Shown here piece after piece: positions 1-14,000 of a stretch of DNA of 64,000 nucleotides. Source of the DNA: Octopus sinensis (taxonomy: Eukaryota). Every line of letters begins with the position of its first letter. Position 1 is the stretch's first letter. Location of the stretch: NCBI RefSeq assembly GCF_006345805.1, contig NC_043010.1, positions 17,422,001 to 17,486,000 of the forward strand, given 5' to 3'. The translations under genes and the position numbers were made by a program. The notes under the pieces are model-generated. The model was not told where the DNA came from and did not search any database. It worked only from the letters and a program-made list of their open reading frames with translations.

Positions 1-229
1 ATGTCTGTGGTGAGATATCCAGTCATCAACGAAGTTTGGAATATGTTGGCTGTTGTCTAGACAAAAAATTCCCTCTGTCCGAGGTCAGGGCGACATAAGT
101 GGCTTTGTTCCCTTTCCTAGACACTAAGCCTACCGAATACTTTGTGTATGTGTACACAAACCACTTTTTTTATAAAGGTATACATAGGATTAGCATACAG
201 GATTATTCTTGTGCTGTTTTGTTTTACGC

Positions 230-520
230 AGTGGACTACGGCCATGCTGGGGCATCACCTCGAAAGGTTTCGTTGAATAAATCTACCACTGTACTTTTTT
301 AAAATCTGTATTTATTGTATCAGTCTCTATTTGCCGACGGCTGGGGTGCAGAGACGTAAACAAACCGGCGTCGGCCGTCAAGCAGTGGTATGCGGAGCAA
401 ACACAAGATCACACACACCAAATTCACTCACAAAGCGTTCGTCGGACTGAGGCTATGGTAGAAAGTGCCGCGCAGCGGAGTTGAACCTGAAGCCACATGG
501 TCGCAAAGTGAACTTTTTTA
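230..520 (-). mobile_element. Degenerate tRNA-derived CORE-type SINE (family B)
   Basis: Reverse-complement similarity to the copy at 41047-41385 (ggccatgctggggcatcacc ... aattcactcacaaagc). Confidence 0.6.
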
Positions 521-2779
521 GACACAAGTCTCAGTTTGGCATCTGCTGCCATGACGAAGCTGAATGCCAATGGAAAAGTCACACGCCATTAGTTGACAAG
601 ATTAAAGTCAGCTGTTAGCGGTCAGGCTCCCCGCAGCGCAATGGCCAAACTTATTTGTCTTTTTAAACTTGAGAAGTCAATAAGCTTGAATTCCGTTCAC
701 TATGGTCAGAGTTTATATAAAAATATGATTTAGCTCTCCCCAGTCTATTTGTTTATTTTTAATGTTCATGCTGTGTTTGTGTTGTTTGTCATACAGGTTC
801 ATTCTTAGGGAATTAGTTCTTCCCTCGCTACAGTTTTGTTTTCTTGACCCTGTTTTATCGGAGATTCTCAACAATATTTAATTTGCTGATTCATTCTCAA
901 AATGATTGGCTCCATTTTATTGCTTAGTCAGAAGGAGACGACGAAGAGTTTGTCTCCATGGCTGGGGGAAAGAAATAAGGGATTTATCCTTAAGCTAGAG
1001 CTCTGGTCCAAATGCTTACAACAGTGGATTCCACAAAAGCAGCCAAGGTACCAAGCAGTTGTGTGAAATCGTGTGACCAATTAAGTCTACCCCTAGACAA
1101 ACGAACAGTTACAACGGTGGGGTTCCACGACGTTTTCATCTACCAAATGTCACTGAAAGGCTTTGGTCGATCCGTGGCTGCTGTAGAATAATTATATCCA
1201 AAGTGCTTCGCAGCATGATTGAACTCAAAACCGCACTGTTGAGAAGTGAGCTTGTTTTACTTACAAATCATATCTACGCCTATCTTCTTGTCGGCTCTAA
1301 TCTAACAAACTTATGATCAGAGACATTTCAGCCGTAATCCTCTTGCTTTTTATCCAGCCATACTGTAACCTCAGACGTTAGGGTTTGGCTTGAGGGATAT
1401 TTGGCTACTATTTCTAACAGGTTGAGCGATCGCAAAGAGGCTCCCTTCTTGGCTCTGATTTCATCTTTTATCATTTTGGTGCAAAGCGGCAAGTTTTAAA
1501 ACTGTTTGTTGTCAGGGTTCATCTGTGTAGATGTTTACTGAAGACGGTCTGTAATTTTCGTCGTCATGCTCTCATCAATAAGGATTGGGAATGAAGAAAA
1601 CCTTGTCCAGGACTTTTATATTCTTGCAAAGAATTAGGCATCTCCTGTAAATTGCAAGTCGCAGAGCATTTTCGTATTTTAGGCCAAATAATTGTCAGCG
1701 AGGTTGTTTTGACAGCAGACACTCGTGCGGGGCAGCAAGAACCACTGATAAAAAATCTATATAGTTATCAAAATGAGGAGTATTTGACGGTAAGGTTTGG
1801 ATCTGCAAGAAGTAGAGGCTCAGTGTTCGGTTTCAGATCCCACTTAAGGCTACTTGAATAATTTTGATGTTGCATATGTTTGGAGCAGTGAGGGACTCCT
1901 TTCTGTCCGTGAAAATGATTTTTGTTTTTACAAATGACAATGATCAGTCCCCCCCCCCATAGTGTACCTTCTAGAGAAGGCTGACGCCCACCAAGATTCC
2001 AATTCAAGTACGTCCTAATGTGCGACCTTCTGTGTTTCTAAAAGACATTGTTTCATCTATTTACTGGTATCGACGTTGACAAAGGACGTTTGGAGATTAA
2101 TGGAAACCTCATAAGCTGAAACAGCTTGAGTTGAATATGTATGTGATAATGTGTGTGTGTGTGTGTGTGTGTAAACGTTTGTGTGTGTGTCCGTGTGTGT
2201 GCGCGCCCGTGCCCGTATAAATGGTTATATAGATATGCTCGGCTGTAGGTGTAAACGTAAACAGAGAGAAAGAGAATTAGCGAAGGAATCCAGGTCTGAT
2301 GAATGCCAAACTACTTTACCAGTCGTTCAACAATATTCAGATCTCGTTGCACAAACTGCTCCCTTCGACGATGTCCATATATTCAAAATAAACTATTTAA
2401 TGAAAGAAAATATCTCACACGAAGACACATTCTATTCTAAGTCTATCTTGCTTGGAAACCTATTTGGCTTGATTATCCGGCATCAAGTCGGTCTTAAGAT
2501 AATCTATCGAGTCTACTTATAAAAGAAAATCATTTCTTAGAAGTACATTATGCATATATCATTACGTATATACGCTAAATATATGTTTACAAAAATCCAT
2601 AATATGTTTTTTTTTTTTGTATAATTACGAAAGCATAAATTCTGGTTTATCACAGATTCCTTTAATTAGATTTACTTTGGTGTGGATTCTACGCAAGGTC
2701 CTGATAGAAGTAGCTTATTTTTAATAATTACCGACGCATATGAGAAGAGGTGGACTGGAGTTGTTGATGATGCTACACC

Positions 2780-2900
2780 AGTCGTTATAATAGTGGTGGT
2801 GGTGGTGGTAGTAGTAGTAGTAGGCACATCTCTTCAGTGGTGGTAGTGGTAGTAGTAGTATACGCGTCTCTATTACTATTGGTAGTAGTAGTGGTGGTGG
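2780..2900. repeat. (GTG)n/(GTA)n trinucleotide repeats
   Basis: Seen directly in the sequence. Confidence 0.9.
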
Positions 2901-3691
2901 CAATGTGCTAAATTGAACGGTGAAAAATACTCGCACAAACAGGAGTCGTAAATTGTGATGTTAGTTTTTACTGGTCTCTGCTGTAATCTTTAATCTGATA
3001 TTTTCTGAATATCTTCGTTACTAAGTTATTATTTTCTCTAGTCATTCGTTATGACATTCAGAGATTAAGAATCAACTGGTGGAACCCGTATTTTCTCCCC
3101 ACCAGCCGTGCAATTTCAACAGTCACTTGCAAGTACCTCGCCGCCGCCTCTACGACCGCCACCACCGCCAGTCGCCGCCGCCGCTATCACACGCTCTGTT
3201 CTATGTCTATTAACCTTATGATAGAATAGTCTTTACGTGTTTCGCATCTTCCATACATTTGTTCACTCCTTATTTCCTCCTCCCCTTCTAACAAAGAATC
3301 TATTTAAACCACACCAACCTATTCACTCATATTGACTGGTACGATATTTATAACCTGGTCGGTGCTATACGTTTCGTTTAACTCAAAATTCCAAGCCATA
3401 ATACCTTTTATATAACGATAAAGATGATGATAACAATAACAACAACAGCAATATCGGACATCTGAATGTCTTTTATGATTTTCCATGTGTCGTTCGTCAT
3501 CCTGGAGCAGTCTTCCTCTTTCCCTCACCTTTCTTAGATTCACGTTTCTCACCTGATCGAAATATTTACCTTCACCAAGACTATTCGCTTAAAATAATTG
3601 ATTCCCTTATTTCGTCTGACTCGGTCTCCCTGCCTGAATTTTTCCGACTTAGTCTACAGAATTTTTGGAAGTTAGTTCATTGCCAGTTTCC
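2900..3691 (+). promoter_or_regulatory. Possible promoter/5' UTR region of the hexokinase gene
   Basis: Unique CpG-retaining sequence with (GCC/ACC)n runs at ~3140-3185, directly upstream of the candidate first exon; inference only. Confidence 0.3.
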
Positions 3692-3751
3692 ATGGAAACT
3701 TATAGGACTGATAGCTGTGGTAGCCAAGGACGTTCCAAGCGACCTCGAAGT
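3692..3751 (+). CDS. HK: Candidate hexokinase first coding exon ([20 protein letters not shown])
   Basis: ccATGG start, 20 open codons, then a consensus GTAAGT donor in phase 0, which matches the phase-0 acceptor at 37147. It lies in a CpG-retaining region. No homology support from the peptide itself. Confidence 0.5.
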
Positions 3752-3924
3752 GTAAGTACAAGCTTCATATTGATTTTCTTGTTTTCTCTTTCTTTCCTCA
3801 ACTCGTTTCCTCTTTCTTTTATACGCTCGTTGTTTTGACAGACAAATGAATATTTTGTTCTGCTGCCACGCACAATATACACACGTTATCTATATACATA
3901 TACACCCCACCCCATGTATGTGTC

Positions 3925-3965
<41 letters not shown>

Positions 3966-4279
3966 GCGCGCACTGTAGGCATTCGCTTTCAGTTGTCAAG
4001 ATCACGAAAATTTCGGCACCTTCCAAACATACATACATACACACACACAAACACTGGTGCTTCATAATTTTGCGTTTATTTGAGGTATGTAAGGTTTACC
4101 GCCACAGAGCAAATATTTCTGTTTCCCCTAATCTTAAGGGATTAAATAAAATCACACAGATTATGTCAAACGGACTTATTTTTGTGTTCTGACATCGCTA
4201 TCTTTGAATGTCTATTTCTAAAATATTCGGCTGCGTTTAGACACCATTCGATCTTTCGATCTCTACATATATATACATA

Positions 4280-4330
<51 letters not shown>

Positions 4331-4830
4331 ACATACATACATACATAGCTATCTGTGCGCGCGCGCATCTTTATGTAGAGGTGAAATTGAAGGAATAAGG
4401 TTTATTATAGCTAGCACCTGATGGATAGTGAGTTTAGTCTGTCTTCTAAGCGATCTTTTGCGTTCTAAGCGGGGCCTCTCTGCTCTGTGATTCTTATTTG
4501 AACCCTCTACTGCTAAATATGTGTTAACCCACTTTTGAGGGCTATCTCTGACCGCAGAAGCTTCCACGACTGGCTCAGATCTTAATAGTGCGTCGTAGTG
4601 CTATTCGGAGACATTCGTCGTTTCTCACGCTTCTACACACAGTCATAAAATGTATGAATTGTGAAGGTTTCTGGAAATGGATATGTAATGAATACGTCTT
4701 ATAAACACACAGATGTATGAAATATAACAAACGTTTTAATTGTGATATATAATATATGTATGTATATGTGGGTGTATACATCACATATATGTGTGTATAT
4801 ATATATATGTATATTTGTCTGCATATGTGT

Positions 4831-4868
<38 letters not shown>

Positions 4869-5033
4869 ATATGTATATTTGTCTGTGCATATGTGTCTGT
4901 TTATATATTTATATATATGTATATATATATATATATATATGTATGTATATTTGTCTGTGCATATGTGTCTGTTTATATATTTATATATATATATATAATA
5001 TATATATATATACATATACATATATACATACAT

Positions 5034-5075
<42 letters not shown>

Positions 5076-8000
5076 ATATTGCTGTGCAAGTGATGCTTTG
5101 GGGGGTTGATGTTGTTGTTGCTGTTAAGAGTGAGTGTTTTGTATTTCATGTGAAAGAAGGTTGTTGCTGTAATCTGCTAAACTGGTTGGTCAAGTTTGGA
5201 AGGTGTGAGGTATTTATTTAGTGAAGGTCAAGGTGAAACTCACTTTGACGTGTGTGTTGTCTGGTTGAGAGGCAGACAGACGGACTTGGCTATGATTCCG
5301 GCCGATCGACAAGGATTCAGAAATTTAAATTGCAATACAATAAAATAGATTTATTTAAAAGATCCTTTTATTCAAATATTATGGTGTACAGATGTTTATA
5401 GCTGCTCATTTTTTTTTCTTTTCCCGTTTTTAATTAAAATGAGGCAATGTATTTGATGTTTTACCAGTTACATAATTGTTACAAAAATATAGTAGGAGAA
5501 AACAATTCTGTTTTGAAAAGCAGAAAAATATGCTTCGTTTCCAAGATTTTATTCCTTAGTGGAAGATGATAATGTTTGTATCATTCCGTTGCTTTTGAAC
5601 TGAGGTGATATTGAATAGTTGGCGTGAAGGTCATTCTCTCTCGCTCATTAGATTTTTTTTTGCTTTTTTTTTCTCTCTCCTTTTAGCCATTGACGTCGTT
5701 GTCTCTATAAAAGCCGATGTGCTTTTTCCGCCTTTATTTTCTTTTCCAAATATTTGCGAAGGTTTATCGGAACCTGCTTAATACCATTATAGAAACCTTG
5801 GTTGTCATTAAAGTTCTTTTCCTTTTCGACCTATGCACAATAGCTTAAATGTGTACCGAGAAAGGATATAGTCGATTAGGCACTGCTCTACCCACACTTT
5901 CATACTTTTCATAAATCCACTTGCTTCTTTATTGGTGTGCCTTTTAGCACAATACTTGCCCAGTCCTTAACAAGGGCAACCATGACTAAAAACCAGGGCT
6001 GGGTTTTCGTTGTTTCACTTGAAAGCAGTTTTATGTAACACTTTTATGAGAAAATTTAAACATACATGGATGACTATCATTTCGAACGAGGATCTTCAAC
6101 AGGGGGCTGTTCTCTGCTTATTGTTGGGTGTTGTTTATGTCGGCAGTATGTCCTTCTTTAAAAGGTTTCTATGGTCAAGAAAAGAGTCTTCATATCACAA
6201 TATTTAAATATTGGTTTCTGATTTAGACAGGAGGTCAGTAATTTTTGATAGGAAGGGGCTTCTCGATGCTATTGCTCCGAGTACTTAAATGGTACTTTTT
6301 TTTTTATCGATCACAGAAAGAGGAAAGGCAAAGTTGATCTTGGCGGCATTTTCCCCGACGCTCTATCGATTCCTCCAGTCCGTCAGCTTAGTATTGAAAT
6401 CATGAAAATAGACTTGATGGGACTGTTGTTTAACTCATGAGAAGCCCGAACCAAACAGGCTTACGTTCATAACCATTCCAGCCGTAGTTCTCCCGTCTTA
6501 TCCGATATGCAGGCAGGAAATCCAAGATCGCATTATCCAATATGTTCTTCAAAACGATAATATGTGGGAGATTTGACTGCTTTTTTTAGCGTTGGAACGA
6601 TCCCGTAGAGAGTGCTACAACCCATATTGTACAGTAGTGTTGTCGATTAAATATGATAATGTTAGATTTCTAGACATCCCTGACAGAATTTGAACTCCGA
6701 ACCTAAATGACAACTAACCGTCCTTTATGTGGAAGGAAACCAACAAGAGTGATTTCATTATAGTACTTGTACTTTAGCGACCCGAATGAATGAAAGTCAA
6801 CATGAACCGCGTTTTTATTTAGAATGAGAATCGAAACTAAAGAACTAAATAATACATTGAATCAACGAGATGGACTCTACTGAGTTCCTGTAATTGCTAG
6901 AGATAGCAACCGACTCTATTAAAATGTGCCACCACCTGTTATGAAATGGGAGGTATACATTGGATGATATCGTTCTAGATACCCAATGATCGATGTAAAG
7001 TACTTACAGTAACTTCTTTCTAGGATGTATGTATGATTGTTCTGACAGCGTGCAAGGATAATTGCCAACCTTATATTATTAAAGTGAGTCTTGAATATCT
7101 TAAGCCGACGCCGACAAATGTAAATAAATACCTGTTCATTTTTTTTCACAGTCTAATAGACTTGACTCAAGTTTCGAACTTTATTGGGTTCATCTTCAGA
7201 AGTCTTGTGCCACCACTTTTGCCGACAAAGACAACAAATAACATACACCACCTATTTGTACACACTTCTTGTGGTGGCTTCAACGGATTGGCTTGGCCTG
7301 ATTTGCATAAATCATGTTTTGATGATTGTTAATTCACCCAAGTAGCCTCATCTTCACACTCATTTAAAATCACACACACACACACACATACACCTTGGTT
7401 TGTGTGTGTGTGTGATTTTAAATGGATCTTCGTTGATTTCAACGGTGCATAATCAGTCGTACAATCAACTGCTCATTAAATTAGGGTGTATGTGGTTTTG
7501 TCATTTTCAGATACGTGAACCCTTCACGGATCCTTCAGATAGAATCACCGTCACACAATGTATCGAACATGACTGGACGGTTTATGTACGGTTTCAATCT
7601 TCGACGAGATTCCATACACTTTCCGTCTACCAAAAGGTGTGACTAAGTTTTTGTTGTGAAGAAAATTACCTTATTTCTTAAGCTTCTGATATCACACCGT
7701 CGGATCGAACTTAACAGTTCGTCCGTACTACGCCTCTCTCGTTCTCCTCACACACACACACACACCTTTTGTTTTTTGAGTTTTTTTTTTTTACAAATAC
7801 ACATAGGTCGTATATTTAATTGAAACTCTGATTAACTGAAATTATCCCAGTAATTAGTAGACAAAAACTCCTTGACGCATTTGAAATAACTCCGGTAAGA
7901 TCACTGGACTGAGGTACTGGATTTGAAAGGTTTTAAAACCTTTATTTTTAAGAAACCGTCTTATGCACACGTATATAATGCATCGGTTTCAAACTTTAGC

Positions 8001-11000
8001 AGGGCGCTAGCAGTTTCGGGGAAGGGGGAAACCTGATTACATCGACACCCCAGTGTTCAACTGGTACTTACTTTATCAAGGATGAAAGACAAAGTCAGCC
8101 GCGACGGAATTTGAAATTAGAGTGTCAAGACGGTCGAAGTGCCGGTAAGCATTTTGTCCGGCGTGCTTAACGCCGAGCAGGACGCTTAATGTGTGTGTAT
8201 ATGTATGTAAACAGATGTATACATACATATTTATGTATATGTGTATCTGCTTTGGCATGGTTTCTACGTTAGGAAGGGCAGCTAGCCATAGGAACTATTC
8301 CAAAACAGACACTGGCGCACGATGTAGTCTCTGGACCCATTGCAGCCTGGTGTGCTCTTCCAACTCATGCCAGCATGGAACATGGACGTTAAAACAGGTG
8401 TGTCTACCCAGAGTGTCTCATAGCGATGGACACGTTTTATTTATAATATCCAAGATCGTGGCCATGCTTGTTCCTGTCCTAAGCACTTGCATTTAGAATA
8501 TGTCCACGATGATTTTCAACCCAATATCTGCGTGCCGTTATTTATAGCTTTCTGTGTGCTTCGAAATTCACTATTCCTCCGTTCGTTCGTTTTTTTTTTT
8601 GTTTTTTTTTTGTTTTTTTGCCTTTTGCATTCTCTCCTCCCAGCTGAGGTGCTGGCGTTGAGCGACCATCGTTTTCCCAGGCTCCACTCGACTAGTCTTC
8701 CTCCCAGTGACACGGGGTGCGATTCTAGAACCGAGAACGCTCAAAGCCAAAATAGACACCACACAATATTTCGCCGTAACTTTTCGCCAATCCATTGTCT
8801 TGGGATGGTGCCTTCCTTCGTTCTTTCTCCTTTTCTTTCTGTCTATCTCTAGCTATCAATCTACCATTGTGGGAACCTGTTATAGTCTTTGTTGGCAAAA
8901 GTGATCTGGTATCTTATACTAGATCTAAAGCCTTTATTATGGGCCATTGTTGCTATCGTTTCCATATTTTCAAGAAACAATAATTATTGAAGCCATTTCC
9001 TGCAGGCATTAACGCGTTTCTCGCTTCGAAATAAGAGGTGGCGGGGAAGGAATCTAAATTCGGTATGAAAAATGGGGAAATTTATTCTTGAAGGACATCG
9101 TATGCTTGCTAAATTAATGTTTTTATTTTACATACAACCACAAACGTATTAACTTAAAAGATTTAACGGTCAGTAAATTTGTTTTTCTCTTCGAATGCAG
9201 ACGTATTTTATCGATTGAAAAAGACGTGTGTGTGTGTGTGGTGAGGAATGTGACCTTTCCGTCTTTGCCAAGTGTATCTAGCGACATGAGTGAAGTGTAA
9301 AAGTTACGACCGGGAGTCGAAGCAGAACTCTCAGTGAGCTGGCCTCTCTGGCAATTCTTAGAAATGTGCGCACTCAACACAACATTCACAGGTGTGGTGT
9401 CTATTTTGGTGAAGGCGACCAATAATTGGCTGCCAGTCTATCCCCCCCTCTCTCTCTCTCTCTTTCCATCTCCCTCTCTCCCCCCTATCTCTCTCATTAA
9501 ACGTCAACTTCAAGAATTTCGATCATTTTGTATTGGGTGATTTCAGAAGAATATTAGGGGATTTTTTTTTTCTTTTATATTCGGTTAGGGACGACTGACT
9601 TTCGGTATCGGTCTATGTGAAGGGACGTAACTCTGCGCCACGAACTAGGCATTTTTAGTTTTGTTTAGGGGAAACATTTAACAGAAAATGTAGATTTTTA
9701 GGAAATAAAATAATAGAAAGAAATACTATTTTTTCTTTGAATACTTGAATAAAATCCAATTCGATTCAAAACCAGAACATTGTTAATCGACTTGCTACAA
9801 ATAGCAGCTAAGTCTCAACTCACACCTTGCAGTCTTAAATGAAAAAAAAAAAAGTGGGGGTTTGTACTCTTTTTCAAGAATTGGGTGATGATAGGTTTTG
9901 TTAAAATCTTTGTGATTCTGAAGTGCTTTCATATTTTAATATTAAAGAAGCTAAAGTCATTTCATTCTCTAAGTAAATCGCTAGGAGCCATGTTGTTGTG
10001 CTAACGACATAATTGAATTAATACATTTTTTAAAAACGTAAAACAAGAGAAATTATTTCAATATGCTTGCAGTGAAGAGAACAAAAAATTAGTTTACTCC
10101 TGATCTTAATTGTAAATTGATCTCCTGTCTGAGCAGTTATTTGATTGTTTAGCGCTGACCACCGATGGCTTGTTAGAAATTTGTTTTCGGGATGATTAAT
10201 GTTCTAATGTGATATTTAACCACAACGAAACAGCCGGGATTTCTGACTTATCTCGCCTCATGATAAGCTCCTAATAATCCAACGAGGTTAAATATCAATT
10301 TCTTCTACCGTTTTATTTCATAGTATAAAGCGCTGTGACAAAAATATTCAATGAAATGCAGTGAAATGTTTAATAGAAAACGGATTATAACTTTAAAATG
10401 AAAGGCAAATTGCGAGTTACAGGAATTTTAATCCAATATTTCAACTTATTGAAATCCACTTCTACGAATTGGCTCCTTCACTTTCATCTTGGTTCCCTGA
10501 GAGATCATGGCAAAAAGGTTCTTTAATCTTCGTCACTCTGATTAGTGGACAAAGGCTTATATGATTATGCTAAACGAACCAACCGAAAGTTTTCTTAAGT
10601 AAAACTATTGGACGTTATGTGGCACTAGATCAACAAGCACTTATTGGCGGTTCTTGGAGATCAAATTGGATAAGAGTATGATACCAATGTCCAGTGTAAT
10701 TATGGTCTGTGTCTTGTTACTCTATGGATGCCTGACATTGTAATGTGCGAGCTTCAAGAATATGGTAGCCACGGAGCTGTAGATAATTTTATTTAAGCGT
10801 GGTTCGTTTGGTTTGAGGAGCGAAACCATATCGAGCGATCAGTATGGCGAAGAGAATGAAGAACTTCGATTCCTTCTCCAGGGGTTATGCTTCTGTCTGT
10901 GGATCTAGATTTGAAATTAGTTGCATGACGAAAACAATATAGAATATTAATAGGAGACTGATGGTGTTGATCTTTTCTAAAGATTTTGTAAACAGCCAGT

Positions 11001-14000
11001 CTTTAAGAAAAAATGTCCGAGTTGTTGAAAAGTTCAAAGTTAAATAAAAGTGGTTGTTATTTTGATAAACGTGTGGAAATATAATGTTAAACGTTTAAAA
11101 GGGAGTTTTTTTTTCGATCGCAAAAATGACAGTGTCCAATAAAATTTATGGGGTCAATATTCAATGAAGAATGAAACGTTAAAAAAATGATAGACCTAAT
11201 TCACGGATTATCGGTGAAGTTCAGTGATATCTGAGTTTTTCAAGTGAAAATCTATTACTGTAACCCGCGAATCTTTTTCCATTATTTTTAACGTTTTGTT
11301 GCACTTGAATTGTATATTTTCTGTTATTTTACTTCATGCTTTGCAATAAAATTGAAAGAGTTATTTTTAAAATGTTTTAATCTCAGATTACAAGATTTGA
11401 GATCGATACAGACTTTCTACTTATTGTTTTAAATTTGGGCCATGAGAAAAAGAGAATCCAAAAACGAGTGGTTCTCTTTAAAAGAAAATGTCATTTAATT
11501 CACCAGAGTTATACAAACGAAAGAAACATTTATTTAGTCAAATAATCATTTTTTTATGATCTTTTCCCAACAATAAAACAGTCTTTGTGTATTTGTTTAC
11601 GGCGAGATTGTTTCTACATCGCAAAATACTAAATCCAACGAATGATTTTCTTACGAGTTCGAATATGCTTCAAGCATATTTAAGCTTTGATTTATACACA
11701 TCACTGCAGCCACCCGGTAATAAAACAGATTATTAATTCTTTGGCGAAAACAAGTTTATTAAAAGGTGCTTTGCCGGTAGAATTAAACGATCAAGACCGT
11801 TGCTGTGATTGAACCCAATTCAAAATTGCAACCGCGACTAAACTAATTTTCTACGCTCTTTCCAAACATTTGAGAATTTGTGTTATTTTGCGTGAAACTA
11901 CGGACGACGCTTGCTGATTGCTCTATCTTTTCAGCGAAAGACACGCTTGTACCTTATGTCAACAAGAACACGCCTAAAAGCAAACTCGATCATAAGTGTT
12001 CGACGTTTTCGGACATAAGCAAATACAATACACTATCTTAGGTATCCTTCCCCTATTTTTTTTTCTTTCAAAATCTGTGTTGTGTAACTTGAAATTTCAT
12101 TCCTATTTCTAGAAAGCCGGGATCTTTCGGTTTGGACGGCAGTTTTTTCTAGCGGTGTCACATGAAATTGTCACCCATAATTATGACCCTAGTATCGATC
12201 TATTGCATTTCAATCTGTTTTAGGGTTAGGGGTGGGAGGAAGGGTATCTTTTTTTTTCTTCACAAATGTAAATAAACCCAATCTGTTTCTTAAACGAGGG
12301 ACATATTCATACGGCATAGAATGTTTTCATCTCAATAGACGTAATTGATTGGTTGAAATTGCAGAAATTGTAGAAAAAAAAACAAATATCTTACAAACTA
12401 TAGAATTTTCTCAACAAAGCCAAGAGAAAAAGATGTTTTAAAACACATTCTACCAGTATACGAAGTTAAAAATTTTTTAGTTACCTAGAAATTATGTTAA
12501 AAACTGCCGTTCAACCCGAAAAGATCCGAAAGCCGAATGACCACGTAGAAGTTCTCTCGTTGGCTTGTATTCGATTTTAATCAATATGGCTTTTATTTGG
12601 ATTAAAAGGGCAAAAGTAAACCTTGCATTTGTCATTCGATGTAGATGACTGATAGAAACGTTCGGTTGAAGTGTTTTATAAACTGTAGCCGATCTCTGGA
12701 GTTTAAACAAAACATTTATACAGGTAAATCATCAGGAATTTAGCGAAAAAGAAGTTAATATTATCTATGTCTAGATATGTGCACGCGTGTCTGTATAAAC
12801 AGTCGCTCTCTCTCAGATCTTGACCCAAATAATTGCTGTATCCCGTTTACCTATCAATAAATTTGTATCGATTTTTGGAAATTATTGAAGTATCCGAAAT
12901 GCCAAGTACCATCTTTCTTTTATGCTTGTTAACCATTTTACGTACTTATTGAGGTCGCTGAATGAATAAGCGAATAACGTCCTTCAAGACACTCAAACGT
13001 TAGTCTGTATCTTATAAAGCTTTGGATTATATTTTTAAGTCTGCGGTGTATTTGAGAACCACTGGAAAATGTCGGTGGCACCACGTCAAATAAAGAAAGA
13101 ACGAAAGAAAACAAAAGAAAATTCCTTCCTCTGTTGCCAAATCTGTATTCTGTTAACCCTAACTAACGGCACCGCTGCCAGACATTGGAATAGTTGTACT
13201 AATTATGGAAATATTTTAACCAACATTGGCTTTAGTCTTTGGAATACGAAACTACAAGGCTCTGCTCTCAATAATATATTAACAAGGGCGGCGAGTCGGC
13301 ACGCCGGGCGAAATGCTTAGCGGTATTTCGTCTGTCGCTACGTTCTGAGTTCAAATTCCGCCGAGGTCGACTTTACCTTTCATCCTTTCGGGGTCGATAA
13401 ATTAAGTACCAGTTACGCACTGGGGTCGATGTAATCGACTTAATCCGTTTGTCTGACCTTGTTTGTCCTCTCTGTGTTTAGCCCCTTGTGGGTAGTAAAG
13501 AAATGGGTATTTCGTCTGCCGCTACGTTCTGAGTTCAAATTCCGCCGATGTCGATTTTGCCTTTCATCCTTTCGGGGTCGATTAAATAAGTACCAGTTAC
13601 GCACTGGGATCGGTGTAATCGACTTAATCCCTTTGTCTCTCCTTGTTTGTCCCCTCTGTGTTTAGTCCCCTGTGAGCAATAAAGAAAGAAATATATTAAG
13701 AAAAGATAATTAACCACTAATTGGTTACTTCTGTTGAGTTTTCTATGCAGCCAACAACATCGATTTTCTAGTCTGGGTATTCTCTAAAGGGAAGTGGGTC
13801 AGCCGAATCAAATGTTTTGTTGCGGCTCAAAAAGTTCCATTTCCTTACTCCTTCAACCACACACCTCATGCGGGGTGGCTGAACCCGATGTGGCCCAGGA
13901 CCGTTGAAGGCCTTCGCCCCCTCACTTCAGAATACAGATGCCCAACGTAACTGGGATGACATCAAATGCCAAGTTACCTTCAGGCAAATTGAGACATCCT

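Noticed and set aside
2181-2522. 113 aa ORF
   Set aside because: Starts in a (GT)n repeat with a non-ATG codon; no recognisable motif or splice support
4699-5221. Cluster of overlapping ORFs rich in Y/I/C/V (also 62921-63856)
   Set aside because: Translations of TA/TG/CA microsatellites, not genes
11956-12045. Possible alternative first exon (ATG TCA ACA AGA... with a later ag|gtatcc)
   Set aside because: In-frame stop before the putative donor, and the donor is weak
12219-12230. TTAGGG repeats as an interstitial telomere
   Set aside because: Only two units, inside a MITE
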